Shown here: one piece after another, positions 39,701-54,700 of the stretch
Position numbering within the stretch: the first letter of the stretch is position 1
Layout: every line of letters begins with the position of its first letter
Assembly: GCF_009914755.1 (NCBI RefSeq)
Contig: NC_060932.1
DNA length: 64,000 nucleotides
Reading direction: 5' to 3' (one strand)
DNA from: the human T2T-CHM13v2.0 reference genome, Homo sapiens
Notes under the pieces: generated by a model
What the model was told of the DNA's origin: nothing
What the model saw: the letters and a program-made list of their open reading frames with translations, nothing else
The model's database searches: none
Translations under genes and position numbers: made by a program

Positions 39701-42700
39701 GATTTCGTTGGAAACGGGATGCAATATAAAACGTACACAGCGGCATACTCAGAAAATACTTTGCCATATTTCCATTCAAGTCACAGAGTGGAACATTCCC
39801 ATTCATGGAGCAGGTTTGAAACACTCTTTTTGGAGTATCTGGAAGTGGACATTTGGAGCGCTTTCTGAACTATGGTGAAAAAGGAAATATCTTCCAATGA
39901 AAACAAGACAGAAGCATTCTGAGAAACTTATTTGTGATGTGTGTCCTCAACAAACGGACTTGAACCTTTCGTTTCATGCAGTACTTCTGGAACACTCTTT
40001 TTGAAGATTCTGCATGCGGATATTTGGATTGCTTTGAGGATTTCGTTGGAAACGGGCTTACATGTAAAAATTAGACAGCAGCATTCTCAGAAACTTCTTT
40101 GTGGTGTCTGCATTCAAGTCACAGAATTGAACTTCACCTCACATAGAGCAGTTGTGCAGCACTCTATTTGTAGTATCTGGAAGTGGACATTTGGAGGGCT
40201 TTGTAGCCTATCTGGAAAAAGGAAATATCTTCCCATGAATGCGAGATAGTAGTAATCTCAGAAACATGTTTATGCTGTATCTACTCAACTAACTGTGCTG
40301 AACATTTCTATTGATAGAGCAGTTTTGAGACACTCTTCTTTTGGAATCTGCAAGTGGATATTTGGATAGATTTGAGGATTTCGTTGGAAACGGGATTATA
40401 TATAAAAAGTAGACAGCAGCATTCTCAGAAACTTCTTTGTGATGTTTGCATCCAGCTCTCAGAGTTGAACATTCCCTTTCATAGAGTAGGTTTGAAACCC
40501 TCTTTTTATAGTGTCTGGAAGCGGGCATTTGGAGCGCTTTCAGGCCTATGCTGAAAAAGGAAATATCTACCTATAGAAACTAGACAGAAGCATTCTGAGA
40601 ATCACGTTTGTGATGTGGGTACTCAACTAACAGTGTTGATCCATTCTTTTGATACAGCAGTTTTGAACCACACTTTTTGTAGAATCTGCAAGTGGATATT
40701 TGGATAGCTGTGAGGATTTCGTTGGAAACGGGAATGTCTTCATAGAAAATTTAGACAGAAGCATTCTCAGAACCTTGATTGTGATGTGTGTTCTCCACTA
40801 ACAGAGTTGAACCTTTCTTTTGACAGAACTGTTCTGAAACATTCTTTTTATAGAATCTGGAAGTGGATATTTGGAAAGCTTTGAGGATTTCGTTGGAAAC
40901 GGGAATATCTTCAAATCAAATCTAGCCAGAAGCATTCTAAGAAACATCTTAGGGATGTTTACATTCAAGTCACAGAGTTGAACATTCCCTTTCACAGAGC
41001 AGGTTTGAAACAATCTTCTCGTACTATCTGGCAGTGGACATTTTGAGCTCCTTGGGGCCTATGCTGAAAAAGGAAATATCTTCCGACAAAAACTAGACAG
41101 AAGCATTCGCAGAATCACGTTTGTGATGTGTGCACTCAACTGTCAGAATTGAACCTTGGTTTGGACAGAGCACTTTTGAAACACTCTTTTTGTAGAATCT
41201 GCAGGTGGATATTTGGCTAGCTTTGAGGATTTCGTTGGAAACGGTAATGTCTTCAAAGAAAATCTAGACAGAAGCATTCTCAGAAACACCTTCGTGATGT
41301 TTGCAATCAAGTCACAGAGTTGAACCTTCCGTTTCATAGAGCAGGTTGGAAACACTCTTTTTGTAGTATCTGGAAGTGGACATTTGGAGGGCTTTGTAGC
41401 CTATCTGGAAAAAGGAAATATCTTCCCATGAATGCGAGATAGAAGTAATCTCAGAAACATGTTTATGCTGTATCTACTCAACTAACTGTCCTGAACATTT
41501 CTATTGATAGAGCAGTTTTGAGACACTCTTCTTTTGGAATCTGCAAGTGGATATTTGGATAGATTTGAGGATTTCGTTGGAAACGGGATTATATATAAAA
41601 AGTAGACAGCAGCATTCTCAGAAACTTCTTTGTGATGTTTGCATCCAGCTCTCAGAGTTGAACATTCCCTTTCATAGAGTAGGTTTGAAACCCTCTTTTT
41701 ATAGTGTCTGGAAGCAGGCATTTGGAGCGTTTTCAGGCCTATGCTTAAAATAGGAAATATCTACCTACAGAAACTAGACAGAAGCATTCTGAGAATCACG
41801 TTTGTGATGTGGGTACTCAACTAACAGTGTTGATCCATTCTTTTGATACAGCAGTTTTGAACCACACTTTTTGTAGAATCTGCAAGAGGATATTTGGATA
41901 GCTGTGAGGATTTCGTTGGAAACGGGAATGTCTTCAAAGAAAATCTAGACAGAAGCATTCTCAGAAACACCTTCGTGATGTTTGCAATCAAGTCACAGAG
42001 TTGAACCTTCCGTTTCATAGAGCAGGTTGGAAACACTCTTATTGTAGTATCTGGAAGTGGACATTTGGAGCGCTTTCAGGCCTATGGTGAAAAAGGAAAT
42101 ATCTTCCCATAAAAACGACATAGAAGCTATCTCAGGAACTTGTTTATGATGCATCTAATCAACTAACAGTGTTGAACCTTTGTACTGACAGAGCAGTTTG
42201 AAACACTCTTTTTTTGGAATCTGCAAGTGGATATTTGGATCGCTTTGAGGATTTCGTTGGAAACGGGATGCAATATAAAACGTACACAGCAGCATACTCA
42301 GAAAATACTTTGCCATATTTCCATTCAAGTCACAGAGTGGAACATTCCCATTCATAGAGCAGGTTGGAAACACTCTTTTTGGAGTATCTGGAAGTGGACA
42401 TTTGGAGCGCTTTCTGAACTATGGTGAAAAAGGAAATATCTTCCAATGAAAACAAGACAGAAGCATTCTGAGAAACTTATTTGTGATGTGTGTCCTCAAC
42501 AAACGGACTTGAACCTTTCGTTTCATGCAGTACTTCTGGAACACTCTTTTTGAAGATTCTGCATGCGGATATTTGGATAGCTTTGAGGATTTCGTTGGAA
42601 ACGGGCTTACATGTAAAAATTAGACAGCAGCATTCTCAGAAACTTCTTTGTGGTGTCTGCATTCAAGTCACAGAATTGAACTTCCCCTCACATAGAGCAG

Positions 42701-45700
42701 TTGTGCAGCACTCTATTTGTAGTATCTGGAAGTGGACATTTGGAGGGCTTTGTAGCCTATCTGGAAAAAGGAAATATCTTCCCATGAATGCGAGATAGAA
42801 GTAATCTCAGAAACATGTTTATGCTGTATCTACTCAACTAACTGTGCTGAACATTTCTATTGATAGAGCAGTTTTGAGACACTCTTCTTTTGGAATCTGC
42901 AAGTGGATATTTGGATAGATTTGAGGATTTCATTGGAAACGGGATTATATATAAAAAGTAGACAGCAGCATTCTCAGAAACTTCTTTGTGATGTTTGCAT
43001 CCAGCTCTCAGAGTTGAACATTCCCTTTCATAGAGTAGGTTTGAAACCCTCTTTTTATAGTGTCTGGAAGCGGGCATTTGGAGCGCTTTCAGGCCTATGC
43101 TGAAAAAGGAAATATCTACCTATAGAAACTAGACAGAAGCATTCTGAGAATCACGTTTGTGATGTGGGTACTCAACTAACAGTGTTGATCCATTCTTTTG
43201 ATACAGCAGTTTTGAACCACACTTTTTGTAGAATCTGCAAGTGGATATTTGGATAGCTGTGAGGATTTCGGTGGAAACGGGAATGTCTTCATAGAAAATT
43301 TAGACAGAAGCATTCTCAGAACCTTGATTGTGATGTGTGTTCTCCACTAACAGAGTTGAACCTTTCTTTTGACAGAACTGTTCTGAAACATTCTTTTTAT
43401 AGAATCTGGAAGTGGATATTTGGAAAGCTTTGAGGATTTCGTTGGAAACGGGAATATCTTCAAATAAAATCTAGCCAGAAGCATTCTAAGAAACATCTTA
43501 GGGATGATTACATTCAAGTCACAGAGTTGAACATTCCCTTTCACAGAGCAGGTTTGAAACAATCTTCTCGTACTATCTGGCAGTGGACATTTTGAGCTCC
43601 TTGGGGCCTATGCTGAAAAAGGAAATATCTTCCGACAAAAACTAGACAGAAGCATTCGCAGAATCACGTTTGTGATGTGTGCACTCAACTGTCAGAATTG
43701 AACCTTGGTTTGGACAGAGCACTTTTGAAACACTCTTTTTGTAGAATCTGCAGGTGGATATTTGGCTAGCTTTGAGGATTTCGTTGGAAACGGTAATGTC
43801 TTCAAAGAAAATCTAGACAGAAGCATTCTCAGAAACACCTTCGTGATGTTTGCAATCAAGTCACAGAGTTGAACCTTCCGTTTCATAGAGCAGGTTGGAA
43901 ACACTCTTTTTGTAGTATCTGGAAGTGGACATTTGGAGGGCTTTGTAGCCTATCTGGAAAAAGGAAATATCTTCCCATGAATGCGAGATAGAAGTAATCT
44001 CAGAAACATGTTTATGCTGTATCTACTCAACTAACTGTGCTGAACATTTCTATTGATAGAGCAGTTTTGAGACACTCTTCTTTTGGAATCTGCAAGTGGA
44101 TATTTGGATAGATTTGAGGATTTCGTTGGAAACGGGATTATATATAAAAAGTAGACAGCAGCATTCTCAGAAACTTCTTTGTGATGTTTGCATCCAGCTC
44201 TCAGAGTTGAACATTCCCTTTCATAGAGTAGGTTTGAAACCCTCTTTTTATAGTGTCTGGAAGCGGGCATTTGGAGCGCTTTCAGGCCTATGCTTAAAAT
44301 AGGAAATATCTACCTACAGAAACTAGACAGAAGCATTCTGAGAATCACGTTTGTGATGTGGGTACTCAACTAACAGTGTTGATCCATTCTTTTGATACAG
44401 CAGTTTTGAACCACACTTTTTGTAGAATCTGCAAGAGGATATTTGGATAGCTGTGAGGATTTCGTTGGAAACGGGAATGTCTTCAAAGAAAATCTAGACA
44501 GAAGCATTCTCAGAAACACCTTCGTGATGTTTGCAATCAAGTCACAGAGTTGAACCTTCCGTTTCATAGAGCAGGTTGGAAACACTCTTATTGTAGTATC
44601 TGGAAGTGGACATTTGGAGCGCTTTCAGGCCTATGGTGAAAAAGGAAATATCTTCCCATAAAAACGACATAGAAGCTATCTCAGGAACTTGTTTATGATG
44701 CATCTAATCAACTAACAGTGTTGAACCTTTGTACTGACAGAGCAGTTTGAAACACTCTTTTTTTGGAATCTGCAAGTGGATATTTGGATCGCTTTGAGGA
44801 TTTCGTTGGAAACGGGATGCAATATAAAACGTACACAGCAGCATACTCAGAAAATACTTTGCCATATTTCCATTCAAGTCACAGAGTGGAACATTCCCAT
44901 TCATAGAGCAGGTTTGAAACACTCTTTTTGGAGTATCTGGAAGTGGACATTTGGAGCGCTTTCTGAACTATGGTGAAAAAGGAAATATCTTCCAATGAAA
45001 ACAAGACAGAAGCATTCTGAGAAACTTATTTGTGATGTGTGTCCTCAACAAACGGACTTGAACCTTTCGTTTCATGCAGTACTTCTGGAACACTCTTTTT
45101 GAAGATTCTGCATGCGGATATTTGGATTGCTTTGAGGATTTCGTTGGAAACGGGCTTACATGTAAAAATTAGACAGCAGCATTCTCAGAAACTTCTTTGT
45201 GGTGTCTGCATTCAAAGTCACAGAATTGAACATCCCCTCACATAGAGCAGTTGTGCAGCACTCTATTTGTAGTATCTGGAAGTGGACATTTGGAGGGTTT
45301 TGTAGCCTATCTGGAAAAAGGAAATATCTTCCCATGAATGCGAGATAGAAGTAATCTCAGAAACATGTTTATGCTGTATCTACTCAACTAACTGTGCTGA
45401 ACATTTCTATTGATAGAGCAGTTTTGAGACACTCTTCTTTTGGAATCTGCAAGTGGATATTTGGATAGATTTGAGGATTTCGTTGGAAACGGGATTATAT
45501 ATAAAAAGTAGACAGCAGCATTCTCAGAAACTTCTTTGTGATGTTTGCATCCAGCTCTCAGAGTTGAACATTCCCTTTCATAGAGTAGGTTTGAAACCCT
45601 CTTTTTATAGTGTCTGGAAGCGGGCATTTGGAGCGCTTTCAGGCCTATGCTGAAAAAGGAAATATCTACCTATAGAAACTAGACAGAAGCATTCTGAGAA

Positions 45701-48700
45701 TCACGTTTGTGATGTGGGTACTCAACTAACAGTGTTGATCCATTCTTTTGATACAGCAGTTTTGAACCACACTTTTTGTAGAATCTGCAAGTGGATATTT
45801 GGATAGCTGTGAGGATTTCGTTGGAAACGGGAATGTCTTCATAGAAAATTTAGACAGAAGCATTCTCAGAACCTTGATTGTGATGTGTGTTCTCCACTAA
45901 CAGAGTTGAACCTTTCTTTTGACAGAACTGTTCTGAAACATTCTTTTTATAGAATCTGGAAGTGGATATTTGGAAAGCTTTGAGGATTTCGTTGGAAACG
46001 GGAATATCTTCAAATAAAATCTAGCCAGAAGCATTCTAAGAAACATCTTAGGGATGTTTACATTCAAGTCACAGAGTTGAACATTCCCTTTCACAGAGCA
46101 GGTTTGAAACAATCTTCTCGTACTATCTGGCAGTGGACATTTTGAGCTCCTTGGGGCCTATGCTGAAAAAGGAAATATCTTCCGACAAAAACTAGACAGA
46201 AGCATTCGCAGAATCACGTTTGTGATGTGTGCACTCAACTGTCAGAATTGAACCTTGGTTTGGACAGAGCACTTTTGAAACACTCTTTTTGTAGAATCTG
46301 CAGGTGGATATTTGGCTAGCTTTGAGGATTTCGTTGGAAACGGTAATGTCTTCAAAGAAAATCTAGACGGAAGCATTCTCAGAAACACCTTCGTGATGTT
46401 TGCAATCAAGTCACAGAGTTGAACCTTCCGTTTCATAGAGCAGGTTGGAAACACTCTTTTTGTAGTATCTGGAAGTGGACATTTGGAGGGCTTTGTAGCC
46501 TATCTGGAAAAAGGAAATATCTTCCCATGAATGCGAGATAGAAGTAATCTCAGAAACATGTTTATGCTGTATCTACTCAACTAACTGTGCTGAACATTTC
46601 TATTTATAGAGCAGTTTTGAGACACTCTTCTTTTGGAATCTGCAAGTGGATATTTGGATAGATTTGAGGATTTCGTTGGAAACGGGATTATATATAAAAA
46701 GTAGACAGCAGCATTCTCAGAAACTTCTTTGTGATGTTTGCATCCAGCTCTCAGAGTTGAACATTCCCTTTCATAGAGTAGGTTTGAAACCCTCTTTTTA
46801 TAGTGTCTGGAAGCGGGCATTTGGAGCGCTTTCAGGCCTATGCTTAAAATAGGAAATATCTACCTACAGAAACTAGACAGAAGCCTTCTGAGAATCACGT
46901 TTGTGATGTGGGTACTCAACTAACAGTGTTGATCCATTCTTTTGATACAGCAGTTTTGAACCACACTTTTTGTAGAATCTGCAAGAGGATATTTGGATAG
47001 CTGTGAGGATTTCGTTGGAAACGGGAATGTCTTCAAAGAAAATCTAGACAGAAGCATTCTCAGAAACACCTTCGTGATGTTTGCAATCAAGTCACAGAGT
47101 TGAACCTTCCGTTTCATAGAGCAGGTTGGAAACACTCTTTTTGTAGTATCTGGAAGTGGACATTTGGAGCGCTTTCAGGCCTATGGTGAAAAAGGAAATA
47201 TCTTCCCATAAAAACGACATAGAAGCTATCTCAGGAACTTGTTTATGATGCATCTAATCAACTAACAGTGTTGAACCTTTGTACTGACAGAGCAGTTTGA
47301 AACACTCTTTTTTTGGAATCTGCAAGTGGATATTTGGATCGCTTTGAGGATTTCGTTGGAAACGGGATGCAATATAAAACGTACACAGCAGCATACTCAG
47401 AAAATACTTTGCCATATTTCCATTCAAGTCACAGAGTGGAACATTCCCATTCATAGAGCAGGTTGGAAACACTCTTTTTGGAGTATCTGGAAGTGGACAT
47501 TTGGAGCGCTTTCTGAACTATGGTGAAAAAGGAAATATCTTCCAATGAAAACAAGACAGAAGCATTCTGAGAAACTTATTTGTGATGTGTGTCCTCAACA
47601 AACGGACTTGAACCTTTCGTTTCATGCAGTACTTCTGGAACACTCTTTTTGAAGATTCTGCATGCGGATATTTGGATTGCTTTGAGGATTTCGTTGGAAA
47701 CGGGCTTACATGTAAAAATTAGACAGCAGCATTCTCAGAAACTTCTTTGTGGTGTCTGCATTCAAGTCACAGAATTGAACATCCCCTCACATAGAGCAGT
47801 TGTGCAGCACTCTATTTGTAGTATCTGGAAGTGGACATTTGGAGGGCTTTGTAGCCTATCTGGAAAAAGGAAATATCTTCCCATGAATGCGAGATAGTAG
47901 TAATCTCAGAAACATGTTTATGCTGTATCTACTCAACTAACTGTGCTGAACATTTCTATTGATAGAGCAGTTTTGAGACACTCTTCTTTTGGAATCTGCA
48001 AGTGGATATTTGGATAGATTTGAGGATTTCGTTGGAAACGGGATTATATATAAAAAGTAGACAGCAGCATTCTCAGAAACTTCTTTGTGATGTTTGCATC
48101 CAGCTCTCAGAGTTGAACATTCCCTTTCATAGAGTAGGTTTGAAACCCTCTTTTTATAGTGTCTGGAAGCGGGCATTTGGAGCGCTTTCAGGCCTATGCT
48201 GAAAAAGGAAATATCTACCTATAGAAACTAGACAGAAGCATTCTGAGAATCACGTTTGTGATGTGGGTACTCAACTAACAGTGTTGATCCATTCTTTTGA
48301 TACAGCAGTTTTGAACCACACTTTTTGTAGAATCTGCAAGTGGATATTTGGATAGCTGTGAGGATTTCGGTGGAAACGGGAATGTCTTCATAGAAAATTT
48401 AGACAGAAGCATTCTCAGAACCTTGATTGTGATGTGTGTTCTCCACTAACAGAGTTGAACCTTTCTTTTGACAGAACTGTTCTGAAACATTCTTTTTATA
48501 GAATCTGGAAGTGGATATTTGGAAAGCTTTGAGGATTTCGTTGGAAACGGGAATATCTTCAAATAAAATCTAGCCAGAAGCATTCTAAGAAACATCTTAG
48601 GGATGTTTACATTCAAGTCACAGAGTTGAACATTCCCTTTCACAGAGCAGGTTTGAAACAATCTTCTCGTACTATCTGGCAGTGGACATTTTGAGCTCCT

Positions 48701-51700
48701 TGGGGCCTATGCTGAAAAAGGAAATATCTTCCGACAAAAACTAGACAGAAGCATTCGCAGAATCACGTTTGTGATGTGTGCACTCAACTGTCAGAATTGA
48801 ACCTTGGTTTGGACAGAGCACTTTTGAAACACTCTTTTTGTAGAATCTGCAGGTGGATATTTGGCTAGCTTTGAGGATTTCGTTGGAAACGGGAATGTCT
48901 TCAAAGAAAATCTAGACAGAAGCATTCTCAGAAACACCTTCGTGATGTTTGCAATCAAGTCACAGAGTTGAACCTTCCGTTTCATAGAGCAGGTTGGAAA
49001 CACTCTTTTTGTAGTATCTGGAAGTGGACATTTGGAGCGCTTTCAGGCCTATGGTGAAAAAGGAAATATCTTCCCATAAAAACGACATAGAAGCTATCTC
49101 AGGAACTTGTTTATGATGCATCTAATCAACTAACAGTGTTGAACCTTTGTACTGACAGAGCAGTTTGAAACACTCTTTTTTTGGAATCTGCAAGTGGATA
49201 TTTGGATCGCTTTGAGGATTTCGTTGGAAACGGGATGCAATATAAAACGTACACAGCAGCATACTCAGAAAATACTTTGCCATATTTCCATTCAAGTCAC
49301 AGAGTGGAACATTCCCATTCATAGAGCAGGTTGGAAACACTCTTTTTGGAGTATCTGGAAGTGGACATTTGGAGCGCTTTCTGAACTATGGTGAAAAAGG
49401 AAATATCTTCCAATGAAAACAAGACAGAAGCATTCTGAGAAACTTATTTGTGATGTGTGTCCTCAACAAACGGACTTGAACCTTTCGTTTCATGCAGTAC
49501 TTCTGGAACACTCTTTTTGAAGATTCTGCATGCGGATATTTGGATAGCTTTGAGGATTTCGTTGGAAACGGGCTTACATGTAAAAATTAGACAGCAGCAT
49601 TCTCAGAAACTTCTTTGTGGTGTCTGCATTCAAGTCACAGAATTGAACTTCCCCTCACATAGAGCAGTTGTGCAGCACTCTATTTGTAGTATCTGGAAGT
49701 GGACATTTGGAGGGCTTTGTAGCCTATCTGGAAAAAGGAAATATCTTCCCATGAATGCGAGATAGAAGTAATCTCAGAAACATGTTTATGCTGTATCTAC
49801 TCAACTAACTGTGCTGAACATTTCTATTGATAGAGCAGTTTTGAGACACTCTTCTTTTGGAATCTGCAAGTGGATATTTGGATAGATTTGAGGATTTCGT
49901 TGGAAACGGGATTATATATAAAAAGTAGACAGCAGCATTCTCAGAAACTTCTTTGTGATGTTTCCATCCAGCTCTCAGAGTTGAACATTCCCTTTCATAG
50001 AGTAGGTTTGAAACCCTCTTTTTATAGTGTCTGGAAGCGGGCATTTGGAGCGCTTTCAGGCCTATGCTGAAAAAGGAAATATCTACCTATAGAAACTAGA
50101 CAGAAGCATTCTGAGAATCACGTTTGTGATGTGGGTACTCAACTAACAGTGTTGATCCATTCTTTTGATACAGCAGTTTTGAACCACACTTTTTGTAGAA
50201 TCTGGAAGTGGATATTTGGAAAGCTTTGAGGATTTCGTTGGAAACGGGAATGTCTTCATAGAAAATTTAGACGGAAGCATTCTCAGAACCTTGATTGTGA
50301 TGTGTGTTCTCCACTAACAGAGTTGAACCTTTCTTTTGACAGAACTGTTCTGAAACATTCTTTTTATAGAATCTGGAAGTGGATATTTGGAAAGCTTTGA
50401 GGATTTCGTTGGAAACGGGAATATCTTCAAATAAAATCTAGCCAGAAGCATTCTAAGAAACATCTTAGGGATGTTTACATTCAAGTCACAGAGTTGAACA
50501 TTCCCTTTCACAGAGCAGGTTTGAAACAATCTTCTCGTACTATCTGGCAGTGGACATTTTGAGCTCCTTGGGGCCTATGCTGAAAAAGGAAATATCTTCC
50601 GACAAAAACTAGACAGAAGCATTCGCAGAATCACGTTTGTGATGTGTGCACTCAACTGTCAGAATTGAACCTTGGTTTGGACAGAGCACTTTTGAAACAC
50701 TCTTTTTGTAGAATCTGCAGGTGGATATTTGGCTAGCTTTGAGGATTTCGTTGGAAACGGTAATGTCTTCAAAGAAAATCTAGACAGAAGCATTCTCAGA
50801 AACACCTTCGTGATGTTTGCAATCAAGTCACAGAGTTGAACCTTCCGTTTCATAGAGCAGGTTGGAAACACTCTTTTTGTAGTATCTGGAAGTGGACATT
50901 TGGAGGGCTTTGTAGCCTATCTGGAAAAAGGAAATATCTTCCCATGAATGCGAGATAGAAGTAATCTCAGAAACATGTTTATGCTGTATCTACTCAACTA
51001 ACTGTGCTGAACATTTCTATTGATAGAGCAGTTTTGAGACACTCTTCTTTTGGAATCTGCAAGTGGATATTTGGATAGATTTGAGGATTTCGTTGGAAAC
51101 GGGATTATATATAAAAAGTAGACAGCAGCATTCTCAGAAACTTCTTTGTGATGTTTGCATCCAGCTCTCAGAGTTGAACATTCCCTTTCATAGAGTAGGT
51201 TTGAAACCCTCTTTTTATAGTGTCTGGAAGCGGGCATTTGGAGCGCTTTCAGGCCTATGCTTAAAATAGGAAATATCTACCTACAGAAACTAGACAGAAG
51301 CATTCTGAGAATCACGTTTGTGATGTGGGTACTCAACTAACAGTGTTGATCCATTCTTTTGATACAGCAGTTTTGAACCACACTTTTTGTAGAATCTGCA
51401 AGAGGATATTTGGATAGCTGTGAGGATTTCGTTGGAAACGGGAATGTCTTCAAAGAAAATCTAGACAGAAGCATTCTCAGAAACACCTTCGTGATGTTTG
51501 CAATCAAGTCACAGAGTTGAACCTTCCGTTTCATAGAGCAGGTTGGAAACACTCTTATTGTAGTATCTGGAAGTGGACATTTGGAGCGCTTTCAGGCATA
51601 TGGTGAAAAAGGAAATATCTTCCCATAAAAACGACATAGAAGCTATCTCAGGAACTTGTTTATGATGCATCTAATCAACTAACAGTGTTGAACCTTTGTA

Positions 51701-54700
51701 CTGACAGAGCAGTTTGAAACACTCTTTTTTTGGAATCTGCAAGTGGATATTTGGATCGCTTTGAGGATTTCGTTGGAAACGGGATGCAATATAAAACGTA
51801 CACAGCAGCATACTCAGAAAATACTTTGCCATATTTCCATTCAAGTCACAGAGTGGAACATTCCCATTCATAGAGCAGGTTGGAAACACTCTTTTTGGAG
51901 TATCTGGAAGTGGACATTTGGAGCGCTTTCTGAACTATGGTGAAAAAGGAAATATCTTCCAATGAAAACAAGACAGAAGCATTCTGAGAAACTTATTTGT
52001 GATGTGTGTCCTCAACAAACGGACTTGAACCTTTCGTTTCATGCAGTACTTCTGGAACACTCTTTTTGAAGATTCTGCATGCGGATATTTGGATTGCTTT
52101 GAGGATTTCGTTGGAAACGGGCTTACATGTAAAAATTAGACAGCAGCATTCTCAGAAACTTCTTTGTGGTGTCTGCATTCAAGTCACAGAATTGAACTTC
52201 CCCTCACATAGAGCAGTTGTGCAGCACTCTATTTGTAGTATCTGGAAGTGGACATTTGGAGGGCTTTGTAGCCTATCTGGAAAAAGGAAATATCTTCCCA
52301 TGAATGCGAGATAGAAGTAATCTCAGAAACATGTTTATGCTGTATCTACTCAACTAACTGTGCTGAACATTTCTATTGATAGAGCAGTTTTGAGACACTC
52401 TTCTTTTGGAATCTGCAAGTGGATATTTGGATAGATTTGAGGATTTCGTTGGAAACGGGATTATATATAAAAAGTAGACAGCAGCATTCTCAGAAACTTC
52501 TTTGTGATGTTTGCATCCAGCTCTCAGAGTTGAACATTCCCTTTCATAGAGTAGGTTTGAAACCCTCTTTTTATAGTGTCTGGAAGCGGGCATTTGGAGC
52601 GCTTTCAGGCCTATGCTGAAAAAGGAAATATCTACCTATAGAAACTAGACAGAAGCATTCTGAGAATCACGTTTGTGATGTGGGTACTCAACTAACAGTG
52701 TTGATCCATTCTTTTGATACAGCAGTTTTGAACCACACTTTTTGTAGAATCTGCAAGTGGATATTTGGATAGCTGTGAGGATTTCGTTGGAAACGGGAAT
52801 GTCTTCATAGAAAATTTAGACAGAAGCATTCTCAGAACCTTGATTGTGATGTGTGTTCTCCACTAACAGAGTTGAACCTTTCTTTTGACAGAACTGTTCT
52901 GAAACATTCTTTTTATAGAATCTGGAAGTGGATATTTGGAAAGCTTTGAGGATTTCGTTGGAAACGGGAATATCTTCAAATGAAATCTAGCCAGAAGCAT
53001 TCTAAGAAACATCTTAGGGATGTTTACATTCAAGTCACAGAGTTGAACATTCCCTTTCACAGAGCAGGTTTGAAACAATCTTCTCGTACTATCTGGCAGT
53101 GGACATTTTGAGCTCCTTGGGGCCTATGCTGAAAAAGGAAATATCTTCCGACAAAAACTAGACAGAAGCATTCGCAGAATCACGTTTGTGATGTGTGCAC
53201 TCAACTGTCAGAATTGAACCTTGGTTTGGACAGAGCACTTTTGAAACACTCTTTTTGTAGAATCTGCAGGTGGATATTTGGCTAGCTTTGAGGATTTCGT
53301 TGGAAACGGTAATGTCTTCAAAGAAAATCTAGACGGAAGCATTCTCAGAAACACCTTCGTGATGTTTGCAATCAAGTCACAGAGTTGAACCTTCCGTTTC
53401 ATAGAGCAGGTTGGAAACACTCTTTTTGTAGTATCTGGAAGTGGACATTTGGAGGGCTTTGTAGCCTATCTGGAAAAAGGAAATATCTTCCCATGAATGC
53501 GAGATAGAAGTAATCTCAGAAACATGTTTATGCTGTATCTACTCAACTAACTGTGCTGAACATTTCTATTGATAGAGCAGTTTTGAGACACTCTTCTTTT
53601 GGAATCTGCAAGTGGATATTTGGATAGATTTGAGGATTTCGTTGGAAACGGGATTATATATAAAAAGTAGACAGCAGCATTCTCAGAAACTTCTTTGTGA
53701 TGTTTGCATCCAGCTCTCAGAGTTGAACATTCCCTTTCATAGAGTAGGTTTGAAACCCTCTTTTTATAGTGTCTGGAAGCGGGCATTTGGAGCGCTTTCA
53801 GGCCTATGCTTAAAATAGGAAATATCTACCTACAGAAACTAGACAGAAGCCTTCTGAGAATCACGTTTGTGATGTGGGTACTCAACTAACAGTGTTGATC
53901 CATTCTTTTGATACAGCAGTTTTGAACCACACTTTTTGTAGAATCTGCAAGAGGATATTTGGATAGCTGTGAGGATTTCGTTGGAAACGGGAATGTCTTC
54001 AAAGAAAATCTAGACAGAAGCATTCTCAGAAACACCTTCGTGATGTTTGCAATCAAGTCACAGAGTTGAACCTTCCGTTTCATAGAGCAGGTTGGAAACA
54101 CTCTTTTTGTAGTATCTGGAAGTGGACATTTGGAGCGCTTTCAGGCCTATGGTGAAAAAGGAAATATCTTCCCATAAAAACGACATAGAAGCTATCTCAG
54201 GAACTTGTTTATGATGCATCTAATCAACTAACAGTGTTGAACCTTTGTACTGACAGAGCAGTTTGAAACACTCTTTTTTTGGAATCTGCAAGTGGATATT
54301 TGGATCGCTTTGAGGATTTCGTTGGAAACGGGATGCAATATAAAACGTACACAGCAGCATACTCAGAAAATACTTTGCCATATTTCCATTCAAGTCACAG
54401 AGTGGAACATTCCCATTCATAGAGCAGGTTGGAAACACTCTTTTTGGAGTATCTGGAAGTGGACATTTGGAGCGCTTTCTGAACTATGGTGAAAAAGGAA
54501 ATATCTTCCAATGAAAACAAGACAGAAGCATTCTGAGAAACTTATTTGTGATGTGTGTCCTCAACAAACGGACTTGAACCTTTCGTTTCATGCAGTACTT
54601 CTGGAACACTCTTTTTGAAGATTCTGCATGCGGATATTTGGATTGCTTTGAGGATTTCGTTGGAAACGGGCTTACATGTAAAAATTAGACAGCAGCATTC

